A stretch of 51,780 nucleotides of DNA from Deltaproteobacteria bacterium. Its GTDB lineage: Bacteria > Myxococcota_A > Polyangia > Polyangiales > Houyiibacteriaceae. Below, piece by piece: positions 29,803 through 39,170 of the stretch. Where the stretch lies: NCBI GenBank assembly GCA_034670305.1, contig JAXMNT010000055.1:1-51780 (forward strand), given 5' to 3'. The stretch's first letter is position 1; each line of letters opens with the position of its first letter. A program made the translations under genes and the position numbers. The notes under the pieces were generated by a model that worked only from the letters and a program-made list of their open reading frames with translations, made no database searches and was not told the origin of the DNA.

Positions 29803-30858
29803 ATGTTCGAGGTACCGATGTTTCCCGATGTTCCCGATGACCCTGATCCCGTAGAGCCCGACGAAGACGGCGACGCATCGGACGACGAGATCGAAGAGCT
29901 CGGGGCGGGCGAGGTCGACGAGGTCGAGGTCGTGCTGCCGAAGCGGCTCGCGAAGAAGGCGTCGAAGAAGAAGAAGAAGAGCAGCAAGGCGCTCTCCGAC
30001 CGGCGCGATCCCTTGTCCGCGTACATGAAGGACGTCTCGCGCTACCCGCTCCTGACCCGGGCCGAAGAACACGCGCTCGCGGTGAAGTTCGTCGAAGACG
30101 GGGACCTGGACGCGGCGCGGCAATTGATCATCTCCAACCTGCGGCTGGTGGTGAAGATCGCGTACGACTACCGGCAGGCGTACAAGAACCTGCTCGACCT
30201 CGTGCAGGAGGGGAACATTGGCCTGATGCAGGCCGTGAAGAAGTACGACCCGTACAAGGGCGTGAAGCTCTCCAGCTACGCCGCCTGGTGGATCCGCGCG
30301 TACATTCTTCGCTACATCCTCAACACCCACCGTCTCGTGAAACTCGGGACGACCCAAGCGCAGCGCAAACTGTTCTTCAACCTGCAGAAGGAGAAGTCGC
30401 GCCTCTCCGCGCTCGGCATCGAGCCGACACCCGAGAAAATTGCGGAACGCCTCGCTGTGCCGGTGAAGGACGTCATCTCGATGGACCGCCGCCTGACGGG
30501 TGGCGAACCGAGCCTCGACGCACCGATCGGCAGCTCCGACGGACGCCCGATCACGCGCATGGAGCTCCTCGATTCCGAAGATGCGCCGATCGACGACGCA
30601 CTCGCCGAACAGGAGCTGGGAGACAAGTTCTCCGAGAAGATCCGGGCGTACGGGGAGACGCTCGAAGGCAAAGAGAAGAAGATCTTCACCGACCGACTTC
30701 TGAGCGAAGACCCGAAGACGCTGCAGCAACTGGGCGACGAGTTCGGCGTGAGTCGTGAGCGCGTCCGCCAGATCGAGAAGCGGCTGCTCGGCAAGATGAA
30801 GAAGTACCTCGAGAACGAACTCGGTCCCGAAGTGCTCGATGTCTACGAAGCGCCGTAG
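29803..30858 (+). CDS. RNA polymerase sigma factor, RpoH (sigma-32)-like
   Basis: [29 protein letters not shown], RpoH box [19 protein letters not shown]. Confidence 0.92.
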   Translation: MFEVPMFPDVPDDPDPVEPDEDGDASDDEIEELGAGEVDEVEVVLPKRLAKKASKKKKKSSKALSDRRDPLSAYMKDVSRYPLLTRAEEHALAVKFVEDGDLDAARQLIISNLRLVVKIAYDYRQAYKNLLDLVQEGNIGLMQAVKKYDPYKGVKLSSYAAWWIRAYILRYILNTHRLVKLGTTQAQRKLFFNLQKEKSRLSALGIEPTPEKIAERLAVPVKDVISMDRRLTGGEPSLDAPIGSSDGRPITRMELLDSEDAPIDDALAEQELGDKFSEKIRAYGETLEGKEKKIFTDRLLSEDPKTLQQLGDEFGVSRERVRQIEKRLLGKMKKYLENELGPEVLDVYEAP

Positions 30859-30872
30859 GGCGCTGCGCGATC

Positions 30873-31721
30873 GTGTCTGAAGTCGAGGCGAATCGGGGGC
30901 GGCTCTTCGTCGTGGGTACGCCGATCGGCAACCTCGAAGACATCACGCTCCGCGCCCTCCGGATCCTGGGCGAAGTCGAACTCATTCTGGCCGAGGACAC
31001 CCGCCACTCGGGCCACCTGACCCGCCACCACGGCATCGCGACCCCTTTGCGCGCGCTGCACGCCCACACAAGCGACGAGAGCGTCGAACGCGTGCTGGAC
31101 GAACTCGAACAGGGGCACCGGTACGCGCTCGTATCCGATGCGGGCACGCCGGTGGTCAGCGATCCCGGAGCCCGGCTGGTCGCAGGCGCACGCGCGCGTG
31201 GAATCGACGTCGAGTCGGTTCCAGGGCCTTCGGCGGTCGCCACTGCGGTCAGCGTGTGCGGGCTGCGTGCCGACCGGTTTCGATTCGTCGGGTTCGTCCC
31301 ACGCAGCGGCGGCGCGCGCACGGATCTGCTGCGTTCGATCGCCGCCAGCGACGACGCCCAGGTCTTGTTCGAGTCGCCACGCCGTCTGCCCGCGCTGCTG
31401 GGAGAGCTCGAGCCGCTCCTTCGAGATCGGAAGATCGCCGTCTGCCGAGAGCTCACCAAGCTCCACGAGGAGGTCGCCCTCGGGACCGCAGCCGAACTGG
31501 CCGCACGGTTCGAGACCGTCCGGGGGGAGGTCACCCTCGTGGTGGAGGGGCGGGGCACGACGGCACCGGACTTCGATGTGGACACGTTCATCCGAGAGCG
31601 GTTGGCTTCCGGCGAGAAAGTAGGGTCGATCGCGAAGGCGGTGGCCGCCCTCTCGACCCTGTCCCGGAGCGAGGCCTACGACCGGGTCCACACGATCCGA
31701 CAAGCCGCGGACACCCCCTGA
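30873..31721 (+). CDS. rsmI: 16S rRNA (cytidine1402-2'-O)-methyltransferase
   Basis: TPIGNLEDITLRAL, AEDTR, VSDAGTPVVSDPG, FESPRR, CRELTKLHEE. Confidence 0.95.
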   Translation: MSEVEANRGRLFVVGTPIGNLEDITLRALRILGEVELILAEDTRHSGHLTRHHGIATPLRALHAHTSDESVERVLDELEQGHRYALVSDAGTPVVSDPGARLVAGARARGIDVESVPGPSAVATAVSVCGLRADRFRFVGFVPRSGGARTDLLRSIAASDDAQVLFESPRRLPALLGELEPLLRDRKIAVCRELTKLHEEVALGTAAELAARFETVRGEVTLVVEGRGTTAPDFDVDTFIRERLASGEKVGSIAKAVAALSTLSRSEAYDRVHTIRQAADTP

Positions 31722-31799
31722 GCCCGGGTGGGTTCGAAAGGCCGGTGCGCCGCCCCGAAAGCCGCCCGGTGTCTTCGAAAAGTGGTAGATTCCAGGGCG

Positions 31800-33635
31800 A
31801 TGCGTCCACGATTGTTTCCCCGTCTCCTGATGACCGGGCTGCTGCTTGCTTCTGCGTGTGTCTCGAGCGGTGAACCCGAAGTTGGATTTGGTGCGGCCTG
31901 GCTCACGCCCTCGGGTGTGATCCCGCCGGATGTGGTCTCGCTGCGGATCGTTCGGGTGCTGCCCGGCGACCGCGAACTCGAGATCTTCGAACGTTCGGTC
32001 GGCAGCCTCGAGGACGCCGACATGAACGGTCGCCGAGAGCTTCCGGTCCCCAGCCTGCCCACGGGCGAGGTCCTCGATCTCGAGATCCAGGGGAAGAGCG
32101 AAGACGGCTCGGTCCGATTCGTCGGCCGCACCGGCCCGGTGTTCTTGAACCCAGGCGAGCGCCGCTACTTCAACGTCGCGATGTACGCCGTGTCCGACAC
32201 CGGCACGAACCAGGCGGTCGACCGCGACGATCCGCCGCCGGCCACCTTCCTGCACACCGCCACGACGCTCGCCGACGGCCGCATCCTGATCGCGGGTGGC
32301 TTCGACACGGTCGAGTCCATGGCGACCTGCCCCGCGGGCCTGCCCGACGGGGAGCAGATCTGTTTTGCGCTCGAAGCGACGAACCGCGCGTTCCTCTTCG
32401 ACCCGAGCACCGCGCTCTTCCACCCCACCCAGGCCACCATGATCGAAGCGCGGGGCGGACACACCGCGAGCCGCGTGACCGATGGACGGGTCGTGATCTC
32501 CGGGGGCGCCACCCACGGCGTGCTCGCGATCGTCAAGGTGGGTGAGTTCGCCGACTTCCGCGAGTTCGTGCTGTTGCCTCGGAACGAAGACGGCGAGGAA
32601 GAAGCGCTCGCCAACGCCGAAGTGTTCGACCCCGAACTCGAACCCGAACTCGAGGATCTCGATCGCGACGGCGACCCGGGCCGCGGCACCTTCGTCGGCG
32701 ATCCGAGCCAGACCACGCGGGTTGGCATTCCGATCAACGACGGTCGCTTCATGCACGCTGCGGCCGCGGTGCCGGGTGCCAACACGGTGCTGATCGCCGG
32801 CGGCATGGGCTCCGGCTCGGACAGCTACGAAGTCTTCGACATCGCCAAACCCGGCGGCATGGGCGTCTACGACAACCAGGACAATCCGCGGCTCAGTGCT
32901 GCGCGCACGATGCCTTCCGCGTTGGCGCTCGGCAGTGGCACCACCGCCCGGGTCTGGATCGTCGGCGGCGCCGCGGTCACGAGCAACGGCCAGCTCGCCG
33001 ACGCTTGGTCTCCCGACGACACGGACCCGAACGGGGTGCTCGAGACCGGTCCGGAGCTCGGCTTCCCCGGCGGCGCGACGGACCGCCCGGAACACGCGCT
33101 CTTGCGCCCAGCCGTCGCCGCCCTCGAAGACGGAGACTTCGGTCTGGTGACCGGCTGGTACGGACCCCGCTGCCCCGCCGGCATGGGACGGGCGACGCCC
33201 GTCTTCGCCGACGCAACCACCCAGATCTGCGCGCCGGGCCCCGACCGCAGCTACACGATCGACAACAGCGATGGGAGCGCCGCTGCCACCGCCACCCCGA
33301 GCGGCACCCGGCATGCGTTCGGCGATGCGGTGGTCATGGGCGACGGACGGGTGCTCGTGGTCGGCGGCACCTCCGACGCCACATTGCAGGCCACCGAAGC
33401 CACGCTCGTCTACACCAACGTGACCTCCGGGACGGCCGCTGGCGCCGGTGGCGCGCGACTCGATCGGGGACGTCTGTTCCCGGCCTCGGCCGCGTTGCTC
33501 GAGACCGGCGTGCTGGTCACGGGCGGGTTCCGGATTCTGGTCGGCGACTCGATCGGCCTCGTCCCCGAAGCCGAAGCGATCATGTACAACCCACCCGGCC
33601 GAACGGACGGGCGTGAAATGGAGCCGGGCGAGTGA
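31800..33635 (+). CDS. Lipoprotein with kelch-type beta-propeller repeats
   Basis: Lipobox LASAC; HTATTLADGRILIAGG, HTASRVTDGRVVISGG and DGRVLVVGG repeats. Confidence 0.8.
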   Translation: MRPRLFPRLLMTGLLLASACVSSGEPEVGFGAAWLTPSGVIPPDVVSLRIVRVLPGDRELEIFERSVGSLEDADMNGRRELPVPSLPTGEVLDLEIQGKSEDGSVRFVGRTGPVFLNPGERRYFNVAMYAVSDTGTNQAVDRDDPPPATFLHTATTLADGRILIAGGFDTVESMATCPAGLPDGEQICFALEATNRAFLFDPSTALFHPTQATMIEARGGHTASRVTDGRVVISGGATHGVLAIVKVGEFADFREFVLLPRNEDGEEEALANAEVFDPELEPELEDLDRDGDPGRGTFVGDPSQTTRVGIPINDGRFMHAAAAVPGANTVLIAGGMGSGSDSYEVFDIAKPGGMGVYDNQDNPRLSAARTMPSALALGSGTTARVWIVGGAAVTSNGQLADAWSPDDTDPNGVLETGPELGFPGGATDRPEHALLRPAVAALEDGDFGLVTGWYGPRCPAGMGRATPVFADATTQICAPGPDRSYTIDNSDGSAAATATPSGTRHAFGDAVVMGDGRVLVVGGTSDATLQATEATLVYTNVTSGTAAGAGGARLDRGRLFPASAALLETGVLVTGGFRILVGDSIGLVPEAEAIMYNPPGRTDGREMEPGE

Positions 33636-35047
33636 GCCGTGCCCTGCGTCTGATCCTCGTGGTCGCCGCGCCGCTCGTGCTCTCAGTGGGTGCCGAGGCC
33701 CAGGAACCGCTTCGGCTCATGAACGATCCGATCGGGTACACCGACGTGATCGATGCGTTCGACGACGGCGACATGTTCGACCTGAACGTGCACGTCGGGT
33801 TCCGCCGCTCACGGGTGGCCGGCACGATTCAGCGCGAAGGCAGCACGGACCCCGCGGTGCTCGGCTCGGGACGCGGCTCAGACAACTTCAACGACATCGG
33901 CGACTGGGAACACACCCGCAACATCCTCGATCTCGGCGTGGACATCGGCGTCTACAAGGACCTGATGTTGTTCGCGCGGCTGCCGCTCGTGCTGCGCGAC
34001 CAGCGCCGCATCTTGACGCCCAGCGGGACCACCGCGGACGAGGTGAACCGGCTGCTCCGCGAACCGAACATGGATCCGGCCGATCCCATGACCGATCCCC
34101 AGCTCTACCAGATGCCCTTCGAGTCCCCGACCCGCAGCGGGCTCGACCGACTCGAGTTCGGCCTGGCGTTCAACCTGCTGAACCAGGCGCGCGACCGCCA
34201 CCATCCGACCTGGATGATGAAGCTCTCCCTCGACCTCGGCGTCGGGAACCAGATCAACGCCTGCGAGAACGAAGGCCTGCAGCGGGACCCCGCGACTGGC
34301 CTGCCGCTCGACCCCGCCGTGCCGGTGGAGTGCGACCCGGGCCTGACCGATGGCACCCACGCGTTCGTCTTCGCCTCCCGCCTCTCCAAACGCTACGCAC
34401 ACCTGTCGGTGTACTCGGGTCTGCACTTTCGTTTCTCGTGGCCGGGCCGCGCCGAATCCGAGTTCACCCCGGGCGGTGGCCTCGCTGGCTACCAGAACCC
34501 GAGACCGCCCATCGAAGGCGGCCTCGCGCTCGGCATCTCGGTGATCCCGTGGGAGAATCGAGCCAGCTGGCAACGGTTCTCGATCGACTTCCGCGTCGAC
34601 GGAACCTACGTCTCGGAGGGACGCGCCTACAGCCCGCTCTACGATGCGCTCGGCAGCTCCCAGCACCCGTACCTCACGGAGCTGAACTACGAAGGCATCC
34701 CGAACGGCTCGGCGGTGTTGCGTCCGGTCGGTTTCAACGGCTTGACCGACACCCAGGCGCACGGCGTGCTGGCCGGCACCGTCGCGGTGGAGATGCAGGC
34801 CGCCAAGTACGTCCGGTTCCGGCTCGGCACCACCGTCTCGTACACGACCTCGCACCTGTTGACCTACACCGACAGCTGCAACCCGAACGCCGACCCGAGC
34901 GGACCCGACGATCCCCGCACCGGCCGCTGCGCCGATGGCATCATCAACCCGCATTTCCGCGGTGTGCTCGACACCCCCGGCCAGCGCTTCCGACTCGACA
35001 GCGCCCTCGGCGTCGAACTGTTCGTCCAGGCCACCGGCCAGTTCTAG
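33632..35047 (+). CDS. Secreted hypothetical protein, possible outer-membrane beta-barrel
   Basis: GTGA overlap; signal peptide ending AEA; amphipathic strands; terminal Phe (ATGQF). Confidence 0.65.
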   Translation: MSRALRLILVVAAPLVLSVGAEAQEPLRLMNDPIGYTDVIDAFDDGDMFDLNVHVGFRRSRVAGTIQREGSTDPAVLGSGRGSDNFNDIGDWEHTRNILDLGVDIGVYKDLMLFARLPLVLRDQRRILTPSGTTADEVNRLLREPNMDPADPMTDPQLYQMPFESPTRSGLDRLEFGLAFNLLNQARDRHHPTWMMKLSLDLGVGNQINACENEGLQRDPATGLPLDPAVPVECDPGLTDGTHAFVFASRLSKRYAHLSVYSGLHFRFSWPGRAESEFTPGGGLAGYQNPRPPIEGGLALGISVIPWENRASWQRFSIDFRVDGTYVSEGRAYSPLYDALGSSQHPYLTELNYEGIPNGSAVLRPVGFNGLTDTQAHGVLAGTVAVEMQAAKYVRFRLGTTVSYTTSHLLTYTDSCNPNADPSGPDDPRTGRCADGIINPHFRGVLDTPGQRFRLDSALGVELFVQATGQF

Positions 35048-36063
35048 AGACCCAGCGCGGCTCGGACGCGGGGGCGGATCGCCGAGCTGGGATCGGGGTC
35101 GCTGCCTGCCGCCAGAGCGGTGGCGCGGGCGCGTTCGTACCGCACCAAGAGCTGACGCAGCACCTGACCGAGGTCTCGGCTGTGTTCGATGATGGTGCGC
35201 TGGATCGTCGCGGCCTGCCCGCTCTTGCTGCGCACCGCTTCCCGCTGCTGATCCGCCAGCGCTGCTCCGCGCGCGCGTTCCGCTTCGACCGCGCTGAGCG
35301 CCGCCTCCAGCGCTGCCATCGCGAGCCCGAGTGCATCTTCGTTCGGAGTCGGTGACGCCTGTTCGATCAGCGTGGTCGCAGCGGCCCGGGCTTCCACCAG
35401 CGTGCGCGGCCCCGGCACTGGCTGCGGCGCACCGATGACGATGCTCTGTCCCGCTTGCAGTGCGACTGGCTCCCCCTCGCCGTTCCACACCACGCCGCGG
35501 CCGCTCAGGGCCGAGACCCAAGTGGAGCCGGAAGGCAGCACCGACACCCAGAGTTCGCCGCTCCCGCCGATCTCCACCGAGCCATGCGGCGTGCCGATGC
35601 GGAGCGGCGGCCGGGGTGAACCGCCGACCGGTGCCAGCACCCCGCGCATCGAACCGGTGCCGAGGATCATCTGTCCGGGCGCTTCGGTCGCGACGCGTCC
35701 CAGGGTCTGCGGTTCGATCTCGATCCGGCCGCCCTGCTCGAGGTTGAGCGCGACTTCGACATCGCCGGTGTGCACGACCGCGGCGTCGCCGAGCCGGCTT
35801 CCTCGGGTGAGCGGAAAGTCGGTCGCCGCACCTTCGCGCGTCGCCGTCACTCGGGTGACTTGGGCGATGGCGGTGGGGGGCCGTTCGATCGGATGCGAAG
35901 GTTGCTCGGCCCACGGACTCGCCGACGTGACCACCTCGGGCTCCGGCTCCGGTTCAGGCTCGTTGCAGCCGTCGCAACCCAGCATCAATCCGAGCGCGAG
36001 CGCAACCGCCGCGCCGCGACCGGTCCCGGAGCTACTCGTCTTTGGGGTCGGCGGCCGGCGCAT
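35044..36063 (-). CDS. Putative lipoprotein with FecR-like beta domain and C-terminal coiled coil
   Basis: LMLGC lipobox-like; LRIGTPHGSVEI..G..WVSV...T.VSALSG resembles FecR; overlaps the phosphatase stop. Confidence 0.6.
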   Translation of the reverse strand: MRRPPTPKTSSSGTGRGAAVALALGLMLGCDGCNEPEPEPEPEVVTSASPWAEQPSHPIERPPTAIAQVTRVTATREGAATDFPLTRGSRLGDAAVVHTGDVEVALNLEQGGRIEIEPQTLGRVATEAPGQMILGTGSMRGVLAPVGGSPRPPLRIGTPHGSVEIGGSGELWVSVLPSGSTWVSALSGRGVVWNGEGEPVALQAGQSIVIGAPQPVPGPRTLVEARAAATTLIEQASPTPNEDALGLAMAALEAALSAVEAERARGAALADQQREAVRSKSGQAATIQRTIIEHSRDLGQVLRQLLVRYERARATALAAGSDPDPSSAIRPRVRAALGL

Positions 36064-37519
36064 CGGACGGTTTCTCCTGCACACGTTTGGCGTCGGGTTT
36101 CGCTGGCAGCGTGGCGTCGAGGTCGTCCGTGCCGGCGGGCGGTGCCGCGAGCGCCGGATCCGTCGCGGTCAGGGCCGGATCGGTGGTGCGGGTGGCCGGA
36201 TCCGACTCTCTGCGCACCTTCGTCGTCTCGCCGAGGATCTCCTCGGTCAGGTCTTCCGCGCTCAGCGCCTCGCGGGCCTCTCCGAGCTCACGGGAGGTGT
36301 TGCGAAGCCGCTTCGCGAGCACCCCGAGGAAACTCCAGAGCAGCTTCACCGCGACGTCGTGGTCCTTGCGGATCATGTCGAAGAAGTCGCGTCGTTTGAT
36401 CGCGAGCAGCTTGCTGGACTCGGCGGCGGTGACGGAAGCCGACCGGGCCGCTTTGTCGAGCAGCGCCATCTCACCGAAGTGCTGGCCGGGCCCGAGCGTG
36501 ACGTACTCCGCGCTCCCGGAATGCACCTTCACCGATCCGGTGAGTACGACGAAGAGTTCGTCCCCTTCGGCGCCTTCTTCCACCACTTGATCGCCGGGTT
36601 CGAACACCCGCACGGCCGTGATGTTCAAGACCCGCACGAGCTCCTGGTACGTGACGAACCGGAACAGCGGCATCTCGTGGAGAATCTCGAGCTTGAGGTT
36701 CACCTCGCGGCTGAGCTTGTCGACACCGGACTCGTCGTCCGGCACCCGCACCACCACCGCTGTGATGTTGTCCTTGCCGCCTCGATCGTTGGCGATCTGG
36801 ATCAGGTGTGGGGTCAGCGCTTCTTCGGACTGTTCTTCGAAGAGCTTCGGGAGCTCGGATTCTTCGAGGTACCCATGCAGTCCGTCGCTGCAGAGCAAGA
36901 ACCGGTCCCCCGGCAGGACATCGAAGTCGAACACGTCGACTTCGACGCTCGCGTACACGCCGACCGCGCGGGTGACGGCGTTCTTGTACTGCACCTTGTC
37001 GATCTGCTCGCGCGTCAGCCGACCGCGTTTGAGCAGCTCGTTGATCAACGAGTGGTCTTCGGTGAGCTGATGGATCGCGCCCTGGCGGTACAGGTAGATG
37101 CGTGAGTCGCCGACGTGGGCGATGAACCCGCGGGACCCGATCACCAGCAGCGCATCGAGGGTCGTGCCCATGCCGCGCTTCGACTCGTCGATGATGCCTT
37201 CCTGGTGCACCGTCGAACACGCCTGCTGCACGCTCGCCTCCATCAGCTGGAGGATGTCTTTGCGGGTGGTCCCGCCGTGGCCTTGTTCGAACTCGTGCAA
37301 GGCGTCGCGGGAGCTGGCCAGGTGGTCGCGCATGGTCTTGCACGCCATGGAGCTCGCCACTTCACCGGCCGCGTGGCCGCCCATGCCATCGGCGACGATG
37401 TAGAGGTTCAGCTTCTTGTCGACCAGGAAGCTGTCCTCGTTGCAGTCCCGAACCCGTCCGACATCCGTCGCCGGCCAGAACCGGATTCCCCCCGTGGCCT
37501 CGCCGCCGGCTTCCGACAT
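36032..37519 (-). CDS. PP2C-type Ser/Thr phosphatase with C-terminal cyclic-nucleotide-binding domain
   Basis: TDVGRVRDCNED, VADGMGGHAAGEVAS, HVGDSR, LLCSDGL, GGKDNIT; cNMP domain FGEMALLDKAARSASV. Confidence 0.92.
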   Translation of the reverse strand: MSEAGGEATGGIRFWPATDVGRVRDCNEDSFLVDKKLNLYIVADGMGGHAAGEVASSMACKTMRDHLASSRDALHEFEQGHGGTTRKDILQLMEASVQQACSTVHQEGIIDESKRGMGTTLDALLVIGSRGFIAHVGDSRIYLYRQGAIHQLTEDHSLINELLKRGRLTREQIDKVQYKNAVTRAVGVYASVEVDVFDFDVLPGDRFLLCSDGLHGYLEESELPKLFEEQSEEALTPHLIQIANDRGGKDNITAVVVRVPDDESGVDKLSREVNLKLEILHEMPLFRFVTYQELVRVLNITAVRVFEPGDQVVEEGAEGDELFVVLTGSVKVHSGSAEYVTLGPGQHFGEMALLDKAARSASVTAAESSKLLAIKRRDFFDMIRKDHDVAVKLLWSFLGVLAKRLRNTSRELGEAREALSAEDLTEEILGETTKVRRESDPATRTTDPALTATDPALAAPPAGTDDLDATLPAKPDAKRVQEKPSDAPAADPKDE

Positions 37520-37618
37520 CGTGCTGATTTTCCTCGCTTTGTGGGCGCCCGGGCTCCCCATCGAACCCGGTACCTGCGCGCGGGCATTGTCCTCGCCACC
37601 CGCGAGCATTGCAATCGC

Positions 37619-37630
37619 AATATTGTCTCT
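37619..37630 (+). repeat. 12-bp direct repeat AATATTGTCTCT, left copy
   Basis: Identical to 39165-39176. Confidence 0.75.
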
Positions 37631-37679
37631 CGCATGGCCGGGCAGGAGCTGAACCCGCGCCGCCTGGGTGATCGACTGC

Positions 37680-37962
37680 GGGCGTCGCGTCTACGAAGAC
37701 GGGGCTTGTTTGCTGGATAGGGCGGCCGGGTTCCGGCTCGAGTGGGACTTCGAGCGCCGTGGAGACCAAGCGGCACGGATGGGGGGGCTTGTTGCCAATG
37801 CAGCATGCTGCTGCACCGCCTTGAACTGCCGTGTTCGAACGAGTCGCCGGAGGCCTCGAGGACCGCCCCGCTCCTACGCCCGCGCGGGACCGAGCGCAGC
37901 CGGCTCCGCGCCATGAGGCGCAGCGCCCGGTCTCGTCCCCCGCTGCCGGAAAGTGGCTGCGC
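37680..37962 (+). repeat. About 283-bp structured non-coding element, left copy (inverted relative to 38757-39039)
   Basis: Invariant blocks shared with the right copy, e.g. CGGGGCTTGTTTGCTGGATAGGGCGG (37700-37725) and TTGCCAATGCAGCATGCTGCTGCACCGC (37792-37819). Confidence 0.88.
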
Positions 37963-37992
37963 GGTGCGAGACCTCGGGCGAGACTCGGGTGT

Positions 37993-38703
37993 TCACGAAC
38001 GCGCCTTCGACTTGTGTCTCGGGCCCGGTCGCTCGTCGGGGTGGATCAGCCCACGTTTGCGCCACCCAACGCGCAACAGCCATGTGTGTGCGCGTGGCAT
38101 CGGCGGGCCGCAGTCGGTTGGGGGCTCGGGAGCGGACGACCATCCATCGAAGTGCGGCGCCGTGGAACAGGGGTCGACCCAGCCGGGTCGGAACATACGC
38201 CGGGACGCATGCTTGCGGGTGTTGTTCAGCACGTAACGAAGCGCGTGGCGGACCTGCGTTGGCGTGGAAAGAACCTCGGCATGGTAGCGGTCCGGGAACA
38301 GCTTGCCGGACCGACCGAGGTAGCTGTTCACGCGCTTCGCGAGCCGGATCAGCAAGCCCTGCATGCCGCGCGAAAGCGCCTCCGTGCTCTTCGCTTCCAC
38401 GATGAGGTGGACGTGGTTCGTCTGGATCGAGAAGTGAACGATGCGCATGCCGTTGCGCTCGGCCGCCTGCTCGAAGATCGAGAACAACAGCCGGCTGAGA
38501 CGACGCCCGCGAAGACTCGGGACGTCGGAAGCCACCTTGATCGTGACGTGGACGGGGTTGCGGTTGGCAACCCGGACCCGTGGCCGATGCGACACCCCCG
38601 CGCGTTCTCCCTTCGGCTTGCGACCGGCGCCCGCACGGCGACCTCCCCACGTGCCGGGAAGCGAAAGGTCGAGCTGTTTCGGTTTGCGAGAGCGACGCGC
38701 CAT
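37993..38703 (-). CDS. HUH/Y1 tyrosine transposase-like nuclease (RAYT / IS200 TnpA superfamily)
   Basis: PVHVT, HUH motif NHVHLIVE, LFPDRYH, catalytic-Tyr region LRYVLNN; N-terminal GGRRAGAGRKP. Confidence 0.88.
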   Translation of the reverse strand: MARRSRKPKQLDLSLPGTWGGRRAGAGRKPKGERAGVSHRPRVRVANRNPVHVTIKVASDVPSLRGRRLSRLLFSIFEQAAERNGMRIVHFSIQTNHVHLIVEAKSTEALSRGMQGLLIRLAKRVNSYLGRSGKLFPDRYHAEVLSTPTQVRHALRYVLNNTRKHASRRMFRPGWVDPCSTAPHFDGWSSAPEPPTDCGPPMPRAHTWLLRVGWRKRGLIHPDERPGPRHKSKARS

Positions 38704-38715
38704 CTTGATTGAGCA

Positions 38716-38724
38716 ATAGTATCA
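38716..38724 (-). promoter_or_regulatory. Candidate extended -10 promoter of the HUH gene
   Basis: TGnTACTAT on the minus strand in an AT-rich patch, 12 nt before the ATG. Confidence 0.45.
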
Positions 38725-38756
38725 CAATTCATCTTCAGTTCAAGGAGTTTCTCTGT

Positions 38757-39039
38757 GCGCAGCCACCTATTGCGGTCGTTGGGCTCGGCCGCGCGCTGCG
38801 CTTCGTGCCGTGAGCCGGCGGGATCCGCCCCTGCCCGGGCGTAGGAGCCCCGCAGCGGTCAAGGCCATCCGGCGACCCTTCCAAGCACGGCAGTTCAGAG
38901 CGGTGCAGCAGCATGCTGCATTGGCAAAGGAGCCCCGTCCGCGCGCCGCCGAGCAACCCACCGCTCGAGCTCACATCGCCCGCCGGAACCCACCCGCCCT
39001 ATCCAGCAAACAAGCCCCGGGCTCGTGGACGCGGCGCCC
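38757..39039 (-). repeat. About 283-bp structured non-coding element, right copy
   Basis: Reverse complement aligns block for block with 37680-37962. Confidence 0.88.
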
Positions 39040-39087
39040 AGCTGATTGCGGAGTTCGCGCTCGGGGTGGCTGGCCAGCGTAGCTCAC

Positions 39088-39170
39088 CGAATATTCTTGG
39101 GGGCACGGCCCCCAAACCCCGTCCGTGACACGGCTTGCTCGCTTCGCTCGGCTTCGCCGCGTCGAATATT
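39088..39170. repeat. Small REP/MITE-like palindromic element flanked by CGAATATT direct repeats
   Basis: CGAATATT at 39088-39095 and 39163-39170 encloses the hairpins TTGGGGGC-acg-GCCCCCAA and CCGTG-a-CACGG plus GCTTCGCTCG-type repeats. Confidence 0.55.

Noticed and set aside
37668-37916. Short ORFs in the inverted elements (82 aa at 37668; 64-79 aa at 38735-38974) sharing ANAACCCTALNCR or LCQCSMLLHR peptides
   Set aside because: Shared blocks have no synonymous variation, internal indels shift the frame, and start/stop positions do not correspond; the similarity is at nucleotide level.
37993-38703. Calling the HUH gene a standard IS200/IS605 element
   Set aside because: There is no tnpB/iscB partner, and the ends are long inverted elements rather than short subterminal hairpins.
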